A stretch of DNA of 64,000 nt from Massalongia carnosa. Its lineage: Eukaryota. Positions 12,905-22,881 of this stretch are shown piece after piece (positions within the stretch are counted from its first letter, which is position 1; every line of letters starts with the position of its first letter). Location of the stretch: the NCBI GenBank assembly GCA_965645245.1, contig OZ287073.1, positions 372,001 to 436,000 of the forward strand, given 5' to 3'. A program made the position numbers and the translations under genes. The notes beneath the pieces are model-generated. The model did no database searches and was not told the DNA's origin. It worked only from the letters and a program-made list of their open reading frames with translations.

Positions 12905-13767
12905 TGTGATAGGGTGAATAGGGACAATGGCAGGTGCTGAGGGGAAGGGGGGGGATTGGTGTGGACGGAGCGGAGGGGAGGTTTTTCCGGGGCTGAGGCG
13001 CCCATTTTTCTATAGATAGGGGAAGTTTCACCCTCTAGACAGACAGGCAATCAACATTTTTCATTCCTTCAGAGTCAGTATTCGTGTCCGAGTGAAAGTG
13101 TCAGAGTGGCCGAGTCGTCACCGCCAACGTTCTGTTTGTTGTTTTCACGTGTGTTCCTTGTTTGCTTTCTGCCGGTCTTCTCTCCTTGAGGTCATCACGT
13201 ATGCACCACCCACGACTACCCCTCTTCAACACACAAACGTCTGAATGGACCTATGACTGCATAGACATGAAAAGAACTCGACGACTGAACGACTGAACGA
13301 CTAGTTGATGCACGAAATGAACGTGTGTCGATGACTACGTGACACGACGATGATGATGACAGCGTAGGTGATAGAAGATGATGCCCGGAGATGAAGAATA
13401 CGCCAGCAAAAAACCCGTTTTATCCCCACATAGACCTGCCATGTCACCTGACCATAGATGACACATGTCGCCCCACCACAATATGTTTGAAATGGAGGAA
13501 ATCCTAGGCTATTCTATAAGGCTTTCGGTCTCCTACGGAATAACAGTCGAGAGTTTGAACGAATTTCGAAGCTTTTGTCTTGAAATCTCTGATGACGCCA
13601 GCACTTTGCAAATTTCTGAAAGCAGCAAAATCTATTAAGATCGATTCCCTGATAAAGCCGCACTCGAGTTGAATGGACTTATATTGGAATTTGCCGAGAT
13701 ACCTGAATATTTGCGACCGAGGTTCTTTTGCCTCCTGCTTACTAATTTCCAGATTAGGCAATCATAT

Positions 13768-14370
13768 GCTATATGCGAAAAGCTTCAGATATCGGCACGA
13801 CTTCGGCAATTACGAGGAGGCAAAGGTATGCAGCAAGAATGCTACATTTCGGAGGCAATTCAGCTGTTCATGATCACTGAGTGTCTCGGCGTCTCCGGTC
13901 AGCAATAAGGTATATTTTGCCCAGCTGAAAATGTTCAAAGGAAGCAGGTTTATGCATTTGATATAGGCCGAGATGGAGGCCCTCAAGCAGTATAAAGAGA
14001 CGATAATTCCTCATATAATTTAGCTATTCAGTCGTTCAGAATTCAGTTCAGCAGAGAGCTAAATTTGGAGTATCTTTACGCCGCGGAATAGGTTGGGTTT
14101 TGCCACAGTTGGGTAACCCAAGTTACTAATATTAGTATACTTTTAAGGGTTTAATTCTATGTATAGTATACTAGTATACTAAATATAGTTGTTTGGGTTG
14201 GGTTTTCAAGGTCAGAACCCAACCCATTCCGCAGCGTAAGTATCTTCACTGGAAATACGGAGTACCTGCATCACGTTTGCCAAGCACTTCTCTTTGCCTA
14301 TCCTTGATAGCCATAGACCCTCTTCTCCTGCATCCCGCTGCCGTATGCCTGGTTGTTTTTTGTTCAACAA
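13768..14370 (+). repeat. Dispersed ~430-bp repeat, copy 1 (carries a MITE)
   Basis: Aligns by eye with 40490-40920 once 14077-14246 is removed. Confidence 0.9.
14077..14238. mobile_element. hAT-type MITE, 162 bp
   Basis: TIRs TACGCCGCGGAATAGGTTGGGTT / AACCCAACCCATTCCGCAGCGTA; 8-bp TSD AGTATCTT; the empty site is present in the paralogous copy at ~40790. Confidence 0.92.
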
Positions 14371-14563
14371 CTTACTTGAAGTGCGCTCGACCTATTGCGT
14401 TGCCAAATGCTTGAAGCCTCTTAGACAATGTCGCAACAACTAGATGACTTTGAAACGTCTTACCGAGTTCTTGAGGATGCAAGGAAAAGAATTGAAACGA
14501 ACAAGAACACCTTCAAGAATGCGCAAGACTCGTTATCGGCTGCACAGATGACCGTGAAGGATA

Positions 14564-14682
14564 TATTAAATGAACAGTTGACGGCATAATGTTGAAATTA
14601 CTACGGAGGTGACTGCTTATAGCAGTCATGGCAGCCTGCAGGGCTGAGCTAGAACTAATAGGGCTAAGCGAGTATTCTAATA
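14564..14682 (-). mobile_element. Solo LTR of the TRIM family
   Basis: Reverse-complement copy of 12014-12132; TSD GGATA; both termini mutated to TA. Confidence 0.93.
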
Positions 14683-15657
14683 GGATAATGATGCATTTAT
14701 TCATTGCCCTCCTGTTGAAGAGAAAACCAATCCTGTCATTCGGGCAGCTGTAGAGGCTATAAGGTCCAAGTTATAGCAGTTGCAAACAGACATGAACGAG
14801 TTGACTTTAGAAGTCGAAACCTTAAACAACCAGATGAATCATAGCTTAACCGTGCGACCGAGGTAAATCCGATGGACCGCACCCGGAGCTACGCTCCAGG
14901 TGCGGCTCACCTCCATGATGCTAATATCTCCATGACGCATTTTTAAAAATTTCTATCATCTATCATCAACAATTTATTATTTAACAATATCATGTCTGAT
15001 TCGTACAAGAAACGAGAGGCTAATATTGCAAAGGCCTTAGATGCATTTGCAAAGAACACATACAAATCAGCCGCAGCCTGTGCCAAAGAATTCGATATTT
15101 TACCTCGTCTATTTCAAAGAAGACTACATGGATATAGCAAGCGAAAAGCAGTCAATATGAGGCTGTCTGCTGCACAAGAACTAGCCCTGAAGGAGTATAT
15201 TGAATTTCTTGATGATATTGAATTATCAATGAGATTGCCATTGATTCGCGGTGCAGCTAATTATTTGTTGCAATTTCAACATCCTTCCTCGTCTTCATCT
15301 TCTCTCACCCGCGTAGGAAAATGCTGGACCGGACGATTTGTCATGGTGTGAGCGCGAGATGCTCTGCTAAGCGATACCTCCCGACACGCTAAATGTTTTA
15401 GGTATCGCGTTAGCCTTAGTGGGGAGCTAACCGCATTCAGGTAAGGAAATGGGTTCCGGGAGTTACATGGAAAATCTCTGCAGCAATTGATGCTTTCTTC
15501 CTTGTGTTCGTCTTGTCTATCTAGTATAGTCATAGCTAGCAATGCCACCACCTTCACCACCTGAATAGGTCCCCCCGTTGCCGCCTCGTCACATTACGAA
15601 CACCTCACCCGTGTTCAGGTGGTGCTCCGTTCCTCGTTTCTCATTCACCTCTTTAGT

Positions 15658-16902
15658 ATGGCTTCCAGTTCCTCGTCCAAGATAGCCACGCCCCGTTCCG
15701 AATCAAGTCCTGGCCTTTCCCCCCCAAGCTTCGATGACGAGGATTCTCTCGCCCCTCATGTTGCATCTATTGAGGCCTGGAGTCAATCGGTCCAAAAATT
15801 CCCTCATGAATGGTATCATCAGGCCATTCAGTCCGCCAACCGATCAGCGACCCTTCAGGGCTTTCTAACGGAAAAATCAAATCAGTATGACTTTCTGGAA
15901 GCTGAGCATAATAATATCCGTAGCCAGTTGCAGACCTCCAATAACGAGAACATCGCCTCTCGAGCCACCATCGCCAGCCTCCGTCAGCAGATCAGTGACC
16001 ATCATCATCAACCCACCGCCCAGCGCGAGGCGCGCTCAGAGAAATTGCCGGACATCCCGAAGTTCTCGGGCAAGAAGGACGAGTTGCGCGAGTGGGTCAC
16101 CCAGCTTAACCTGAAGCTCTTTGTGAATCAAGACCGTTTCACGAATCCCAAAGCCGGCCTTCTGTACGCCATCAGCCGCTTAGAGGGTCGTGCCATGGCG
16201 CAAGTGCAACCCTACGTCAAGTCTCACAACGAAGTGAGTATCCCCGATGTGGCAGGGTTATTGGCTATGTTGGAGAGGGCCTTTGGGGACCCGGACAAAA
16301 AGGCCACGGCACAGCGGGAACTGCGGTCCCTGCGCCAGGCCAATAAGGAATTCCATGTCTACCTCTCGGACTTCCAGCGTATTGCCCCGGATACCAATTT
16401 CGACGAGGAGGCAATGCGCTCAGCTCTGCTGGAAGGCATCAGTGACGAGCTGAAGCAGCTCATGGTTACCCAAATCACTCCCGAGGACCTCGACGAACTG
16501 GTGACCCTCCTCCAACGGCTAGACACCCGCCAACGGAATGTCAATGCTTCCCTCCGGAAGCCATACCCCCCCCGGTCCGCCCCACCTTCTTCTGGTGTGG
16601 GGACCCCCCCTCATAACCCCCTGTCGGGAGGAGTCGCCCTCCCCCGATCCGTCTCTTCTTCCGCCGCCTCCCCGTCTCCCCTTCCGGCCGCCGAGCCAAT
16701 GGACCTCTCCGCCACACACAGAGGTAAGTTACCTCAAGCAGAAGTCACCCGTCGGATGAACGAAGGGTTGTGCCGCTACTGTGGGGGGTCAGGACATTTT
16801 GCGGCCGTCTGCCCTCGAAAGGGAGAAACCAAGCCGCGAACCTCTCGGCTGAACGAGTCCTCTCTAGCTGAGGTCTCGGAAAACGCGTCGTCTTCGGGCT
16901 AA
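15658..16902 (+). CDS. gag: Gypsy A gag
   Basis: Retrotransposon capsid-like region, EPMDL, CCHC knuckle CRYCGGSGHFAAVC. Confidence 0.93.
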   Translation: MASSSSSKIATPRSESSPGLSPPSFDDEDSLAPHVASIEAWSQSVQKFPHEWYHQAIQSANRSATLQGFLTEKSNQYDFLEAEHNNIRSQLQTSNNENIASRATIASLRQQISDHHHQPTAQREARSEKLPDIPKFSGKKDELREWVTQLNLKLFVNQDRFTNPKAGLLYAISRLEGRAMAQVQPYVKSHNEVSIPDVAGLLAMLERAFGDPDKKATAQRELRSLRQANKEFHVYLSDFQRIAPDTNFDEEAMRSALLEGISDELKQLMVTQITPEDLDELVTLLQRLDTRQRNVNASLRKPYPPRSAPPSSGVGTPPHNPLSGGVALPRSVSSSAASPSPLPAAEPMDLSATHRGKLPQAEVTRRMNEGLCRYCGGSGHFAAVCPRKGETKPRTSRLNESSLAEVSENASSSG

Positions 16903-19900
16903 GTCGCCCCCGAAGACGTTCAGAAGGGGTCCCTGTGTCGATTTCAGCCTTTTCTCTCTCAGAAGATTCGTTAGACGGTAGACATTGTGTCATATCTATA
17001 GCACTCTCTGTGGAAAATCGAGTTATACACACCCATGCTTTGATTGATTGCGGTGCCTCGGGCTACGCATTCATTGATTCATCCTTCGCGCGAAACAATT
17101 CCCTGCCTTTCACCCCTCTTGTCCGTCCTCGTATCCTCGAAGTAGTCGATGGTCGCCCCGCGGCGGCCGGAAAACTTACTCATCTGATCAAGTCAAGGAT
17201 GCGAATAAACCGTCATTCCGAGCAAGGCTCGTTCTTAGTTACCCAACTGGGTCATTATCCTGTCGTCCTGGGAGTCAAGTGGCTTCAAATTCATGACCCC
17301 TCCGTCAGCTGGACTGAAAATACCCTGACCTTCTCGTCCACGTACTGTTTCCAGGAGTGTTTAGAGAATAAACACGTCCCTCTTGTCATTTCTGGCCTTC
17401 CTGATCCATCTGAAGGGACTCCTGAGTCCGCTTCGTCCCTGTCCTTGAAAACCGTCGAATCACGCAAGAACGAGGTCTCTTGTATGAAAACTCCTGAAAC
17501 CCTGAAAGTCAGTGAGAACAAGGTCTCTCGCTCGACTCCTAGAACTCTCGAAGTCAGTGTATTAAACGCTCCTTCAAGTCCTGAATCCCGAACACTTCTT
17601 GAGCCACCGATCTCGAACGCACGACCAATGACGGTCTGCACGGAATCTCCCGATCCCTCACCTATGAGCATTTACATGGTTGGAGCCGCTCCATTCTCGA
17701 CCCTGATGAAGGACCGGAAGAACGAAATCTTCACCGCTTCCATGTATGAAATTGACAAAGCCCTTGAACAACTCAGAAATCCGAGAGAGAAAGTCAATCT
17801 CTCCGCCTCGTCCCTCGAAGATATCGCCAAGTCCTTGAAGCCCAAGAAAATCATCGATCCCGCCAGTATAGTGCCCGTGGAATTTCACGATCTTCTAGAC
17901 GTCTTCTCCAAGCAAGAAGCCGATAAACTACCCCCGCACCGCTCCTACGATCATAAAATCGTTCTCAAGGAAGGAGCCATACCCTCGTCAGGCCCGCTGT
18001 ACAAGATGTCAGCTCCTGAACTACTAGTCTTGCAGAAATACTTGAAAGAAAACCTAGCCAAAGGATTTATTCGTGCCAGCTCCTCGCCCTGCTCCTCGCC
18101 CGTGTTATTCGCCCGAAAACCGTCGGGAGGACTGCGTTTCTGTGTAGACTATCGAGCTCTGAACGCGATCACGATCAAGAATCGCTATCCAATACCACTG
18201 ATTCAAGAAACACTAGATCGTCTTGCCAAGGCCATGATTTTCTCTAAGTTTGACATCATCGCGGCTTTCAACAAGCTACGAATGCAGAGCGGGCAAGAAT
18301 GGATGACCGCTTTCAAGACCAGGTACGGTCTCTTCGAATATGAAGTATTGCCTTTCGGACTTTCAGGGGGGCCCGGCTCCTTTCAGCACTATATCAACGA
18401 CGTTCTTCGAGAATATTTAGATGCCTTTTGCACCGCCTATATCGACGACATTCTTGTATACAGTAAATCAAAGAAGGAACACAAGATTCACGTAAGAAAA
18501 GTTCTTGAAGCTCTGAGGTCCGCAGGTCTGCAACTGGACATAGAAAAGTGTGAATTCTTCGTCACGGAAACCACTTACCTGGGACTTATCATTTCGGACA
18601 AAGGAATCAAGATGGACCCACGAAAAGTTCAGACGATCAAGGACTGGATAACACCCAAGAACATTAAGGATATTCAAGCTTTCGTGGGCTTCGCAAATTT
18701 CTATAGACGCTTCGTCAAGGGTTTCTCAGCCATTGCCTCGCCCCTGATCAAACTGACGAAAAAGGGGACCGTGTTCTCTTGGAACTCCGAGTGTGAGGCC
18801 GCGTTTCAAAGGCTAAAAAACGCATTTGTTAGCGATCTCATTCTGATGCATTTCGATCCTGAAAAGAAAATCGTGGTAGAAGTTGACGCTTCCGACTGGG
18901 TAGTGGGGGGTGTACTCTCACAGTACGATGACGAGGGAGTTCTACGCCCTGTAGCCTTCTTCTCGAAAAAACACGCCCCCGCGGAAATCAATTACGAGAT
19001 CTATGACAAGGAACTCATGGCCATCATTCGAGCTTTCGAGGAATGGAGATCCGAGCTCGAAGGAGCCGCCTTTCCTATTCAAGTCATTTCTGATCATAAG
19101 AATCTCGAATACTTCATGACAACGAAACAGCTCAGTCGTCGTCAAGCACGCTGGTCCGAGTATCTCTCCCGCTTCGATTTCCAGATCATGTACCGCCCAG
19201 GGAAAAGCGGTGGAAAACCCGACGCCCTGACTAGAAGGTCTCAAGACCTACCGAAGGGGGAGGATGATCCACGGATAAAAATTCAACATCAAGTGGTCTT
19301 GAAACCTCGAAATCTTGAACTTCTAGCGAACGGATTAGCAGATGAACCTCTCGAAGAAAATGTTGAAGCCTCGGAACAAAGTGAACCTCTGGAAATCGCC
19401 TCAGATCAGGATGAAATCAAGACCTTGGAAGAATTATGGCAAGAAGCATTGGAAAAGGACCTCTTTCCGATGAGAATTCTGGAATTATTACGATCAGGTG
19501 CTAGACACTCCAAGGAAATCTCGCTGGCAGAGTGCACAGAGATGGATGGCCGACTGCACTATCGAGGAAAGATATACGTTCCGGACTCACACGCCCTGAA
19601 GATGAGACTTTGCAAGTCCGTTCACGATAGCCCTGTAGCCGGTCATCCCGGTCGAGCCAAGACCTTTGATCTTCTGCAACGTCACTATTACTGGCCACGA
19701 TTCTATCAGTTCGTAGCAAGGTACGTGCAACATTGTCAAGTTTGTGCAAGAAGCAAGCCCTCTCGTCAAGGAAAAATGGGAGTCTTGAAACCGTTACCCG
19801 TCCCGGAGCGCCGCTGGCAAGATATTTCGATGGACTTCGTGACTGGGCTTCCAGAAAGTAGTGGGTTCGACGCCATATTAGTGGTGGTCGATCGTCTATC

Positions 19901-20879
19901 GAAACGACGGCACTTCTCTCCATGCCTCACCACGATCAATGCTCAGGAACTGGCTGAACTCTTTCTTCGAGATATTTGGAAACTACACGGGTTGCCGAGC
20001 ACCGTAGTATCGGATCGTGGAGTGCTCTTTGTATCGGAATTTTGGAAAAAGCTCTGTCAACTACTGGGTATCAAGAGCCTGTTATCAACGGCCTTCCATC
20101 CAGAAACGGACGGTCAAACCGAGCGAGTAAACGCCTCCATGGAACAATACCTTCGAAGCTACACGGACTATCTTCAAGACGATTGGGCAAGTTGGTTACC
20201 CATGGCAGAATTCACAGGGAACAATGTAGTGTCCGAGACGACTGGGTGCAGCCCATTCCTGGCCGAGATGGGATTTCATCCGAGAATGGGATTCGAATCG
20301 ATTGAGCCCTCTCGATCCCCAGCCAGTCTAAACGCAGGGGAGTTCGCCAAGAAGATGCAAGATATCTCGTCCGTGCTACAGGAAGAGATGAAGTTCGCGC
20401 AAGCCAGGTACGAGACTGGAGCCAATGAACATCGTGTACCAGCACCAAGTTACCAAGCAGGAGACGAAGTATGGTTGAGTACTAAGAACATCCGTACTCA
20501 AAGACCTGCTCGAAAGCTTGACTGGAAAAATCTGGGTCCATTCAAGATATCTAAGGTGGTAAGCAAATACGCGTATCAACTCGAGCTGCCCCCCGGCATG
20601 AAAATTCATCCTGTGTTCCACGTATCCCTTCTCTCGCCCGTGCCGCAACACCCTCATCCCGATCACATCCCCCCTCCCGCACCACCTATTGAAGTCGAAG
20701 GCGAAGAAGAATACGAGGTTGAAGAAATTCTAGACTCCAAGAAATTTCGAAACCGCCTAAAGTACCTGGTGCAATGGACGGGCTGGAACGACCCCACCTG
20801 GGAGTATGCTGAGTATGTTACTAACGCCAAGGAAAGGGTAGCAGAATTTCATCAACGATACCCAGCCAAGCCACGATAG
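16881..20879 (+). CDS. pol: Gypsy A pol (PR-RT-RH-IN-chromodomain), -1 frame relative to gag
   Basis: LIDCGAS, YIDDIL, DASD, HHCC zinc finger, SDRG, TDGQTER, GPF, chromodomain YEVEEILD..YLVQWTG..TWE. The frame is open from the presumed slip site. Confidence 0.95.
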   Translation, partial: KRVVFGLSRPRRRSEGVPVSISAFSLSEDSLDGRHCVISIALSVENRVIHTHALIDCGASGYAFIDSSFARNNSLPFTPLVRPRILEVVDGRPAAAGKLTHLIKSRMRINRHSEQGSFLVTQLGHYPVVLGVKWLQIHDPSVSWTENTLTFSSTYCFQECLENKHVPLVISGLPDPSEGTPESASSLSLKTVESRKNEVSCMKTPETLKVSENKVSRSTPRTLEVSVLNAPSSPESRTLLEPPISNARPMTVCTESPDPSPMSIYMVGAAPFSTLMKDRKNEIFTASMYEIDKALEQLRNPREKVNLSASSLEDIAKSLKPKKIIDPASIVPVEFHDLLDVFSKQEADKLPPHRSYDHKIVLKEGAIPSSGPLYKMSAPELLVLQKYLKENLAKGFIRASSSPCSSPVLFARKPSGGLRFCVDYRALNAITIKNRYPIPLIQETLDRLAKAMIFSKFDIIAAFNKLRMQSGQEWMTAFKTRYGLFEYEVLPFGLSGGPGSFQHYINDVLREYLDAFCTAYIDDILVYSKSKKEHKIHVRKVLEALRSAGLQLDIEKCEFFVTETTYLGLIISDKGIKMDPRKVQTIKDWITPKNIKDIQAFVGFANFYRRFVKGFSAIASPLIKLTKKGTVFSWNSECEAAFQRLKNAFVSDLILMHFDPEKKIVVEVDASDWVVGGVLSQYDDEGVLRPVAFFSKKHAPAEINYEIYDKELMAIIRAFEEWRSELEGAAFPIQVISDHKNLEYFMTTKQLSRRQARWSEYLSRFDFQIMYRPGKSGGKPDALTRRSQDLPKGEDDPRIKIQHQVVLKPRNLELLANGLADEPLEENVEASEQSEPLEIASDQDEIKTLEELWQEALEKDLFPMRILELLRSGARHSKEISLAECTEMDGRLHYRGKIYVPDSHALKMRLCKSVHDSPVAGHPGRAKTFDLLQRHYYWPRFYQFVARYVQHCQVCARSKPSRQGKMGVLKPLPVPERRWQDISMDFVTGLPESSGFDAILVVVDRLSKRRHFSPCLTTINAQELAELFLRDIWKLHGLPSTVVSDRGVLFVSEFWKKLCQLLGIKSLLSTAFHPETDGQTERVNASMEQYLRSYTDYLQDDWASWLPMAEFTGNNVVSETTGCSPFLAEMGFHPRMGFESIEPSRSPASLNAGEFAKKMQDISSVLQEEMKFAQARYETGANEHRVPAPSYQAGDEVWLSTKNIRTQRPARKLDWKNLGPFKISKVVSKYAYQLELPPGMKIHPVFHVSLLSPVPQHPHPDHIPPPAPPIEVEGEEEYEVEEILDSKKFRNRLKYLVQWTGWNDPTWEYAEYVTNAKERVAEFHQRYPAKPR

Positions 20880-21651
20880 CTCACACCCTGAAGCTATAAA
20901 GCCTGCGTGGAAGCAGGCCTTGAAGGGGGAGCTACTGTCATGGTGTGAGCGCGAGATGCTCTGCTAAGCGATACCTCCCGACACGCTAAATGTTTTAGGT
21001 ATCGCGTTAGCCTTAGTGGGGAGCTAACCGCATTCAGGTAAGGAAATGGGTTCCGGGAGTTACATGGAAAATCTCTGCAGCAATTGATGCTTTCTTCCTT
21101 GTGTTCGTCTTGTCTATCTAGTATAGTCATAGCTAGCAATGCCACCACCTTCACCACCTGAATAGGTCCCCCCGTTGCCGCCTCGTCACACGATTCTTGA
21201 AAAGAAATCCTCAATTTTTCATGCAAAAAGGCAAGCCATTAGCAGCCGAAAGGAAAAACGCTCACAATGTTACGGAAATTCAAACTTATTTCTCTTCATT
21301 TCAATCGACTGTCGCCCTTTGTCATGGTGTGAACATGAGACGTGGAGGTTCATTGAACAGGTCAATCTACGGTTGCCCTAGATGGACTTTAAGGTTTAGC
21401 GCCGGCGGATGATCGTTGTGGTTAGACTGCGAGCTTACCGAGTTGGGTTTAGTGTCCCTTTTCAGGAGTTAAAGGAAATCTCTGCTAGCAGTTACTGTTT
21501 TCCTCCTTGTATTCGTTTCGTCAGATTATCATGTAGTATAGTCGATAGCGAAACACTGTTCCACCACATGGATAGGATCATTGGACTCCTACCGTGACAT
21601 TACGAACACCCTCCCATACTCCAGTGTGGTTCTTGTTCCCTATTAACATTC

Positions 21652-22881
21652 ATGTCCTCAGCTTCTCCAGCTCTCGACACTCCAGGATCTACCTCTCAGC
21701 CCCTTCGAGTCCCGATACTCGGAGGAGGCCTCGACCTCACAGCAATAGCAGCCTCTCAGGAAGGATGGGCCCAGTCGGCCTCGGCTTATCCGAGAGAGTG
21801 GTATCGTTACACGCATCGTCTCATCAGTTTCGCTTCCGGAGCCGTGGAAGCTATTGAGGAGAAGAATCGACAATACAATTTTCTCGAAACAGAAGTCAAC
21901 AACCTTCGTGCCCAGCTGCAGGCCTCCAATGACGAGCTCATAGCCGCTCGTGGGATGATATCTGTCTTTCGTCAGCAGAGTCAAGAATATCAGAATCATA
22001 CTAGCAACAGAGAACCCCGTTCTGAAAAGCTTCCCGACATTCCGAAATTCTCGGGAAACAAGGACGAGCTTCGATCATGGACGACTCAACTGCATCTCAA
22101 ACTCTTTGTCAATGCCGATCGGTTCATGGGTCCCAAGTCCGGCCTCATCTACGCTATTAGTCGACTCGAGGGACTCGCCATTTCACAAGTACAACCATAC
22201 GTCAGATCGGAACAAGAAATTCTTCTGGATGATGTGGCTTCCTTGTTAACAATGTTGGAGAGAGCTTTTGGGGATCCCGACAAGAAGGCCACTGCACAAC
22301 GAGAGCTTCGGTCCCTTCGACAGAAGAATCGGGAGTTTCACGTGTACTTGTCGGACTTTCAGCGACTGATCCCGGACACTAACTTCGATTCTGAGGCTCA
22401 GCGCTCGGCTCTGTTGAATGGTGTCAGCGACGAACTAAAGCAGCTAATGGTAACCCAGGAGTTACCCAGCGATTTGGACGGGTTAATTACCTTGTTGCAG
22501 AGACTCGACACCCGACAACGCAACGTCAATGCTTCGCTTCGTAAACCTTTCTCGTCTCGTTCCTCTTCGCCTGCCACTGTTGGAGCCTTGCCCCGTAATC
22601 CGCAGTCCGGAGGAGTGGCCCTGCCCCGCGCCGCGTCCCCCGTCCCCTTGTCTTCATCCTCCGCACCCGAACCCATGGATCTCTCGACTACTAGTCGTGG
22701 TAAGTTGCCCTCAGCGGAGGTCACTCGCCGGATGACGGAAGGTCTGTGTCGGTATTGTGGGGAGTCGGGACATTTTGCGTTAAATTGTCCCAGGTTAACA
22801 AAGGGCCCGAGTAGGCCCAAGAATTCACGTCTCAACGAGACCTCTTTTGCTTCTCCGGAAAATGCGGAGTCTTCGGGATAA
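21652..22881 (+). CDS. gag: Gypsy B gag
   Basis: Homologous to gag A; CRYCGESGHFALNC knuckle. Confidence 0.92.
   Translation: MSSASPALDTPGSTSQPLRVPILGGGLDLTAIAASQEGWAQSASAYPREWYRYTHRLISFASGAVEAIEEKNRQYNFLETEVNNLRAQLQASNDELIAARGMISVFRQQSQEYQNHTSNREPRSEKLPDIPKFSGNKDELRSWTTQLHLKLFVNADRFMGPKSGLIYAISRLEGLAISQVQPYVRSEQEILLDDVASLLTMLERAFGDPDKKATAQRELRSLRQKNREFHVYLSDFQRLIPDTNFDSEAQRSALLNGVSDELKQLMVTQELPSDLDGLITLLQRLDTRQRNVNASLRKPFSSRSSSPATVGALPRNPQSGGVALPRAASPVPLSSSSAPEPMDLSTTSRGKLPSAEVTRRMTEGLCRYCGESGHFALNCPRLTKGPSRPKNSRLNETSFASPENAESSG

Larger units (their letters stand above)
15339..21190 (+). mobile_element. Ty3/gypsy chromovirus A, full-length and intact
   Basis: 255-bp LTRs at 15339-15593 and 20936-21190 with no mismatch seen; TSD CGATT; PPT GAAGGGGGAG; open gag and pol. 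Confidence 0.97.

Noticed and set aside
13492..14424. Possible upstream exons of the Ulp1-like gene
   Set aside because: Plausible frames and splice sites exist, but several alternatives fit equally well.
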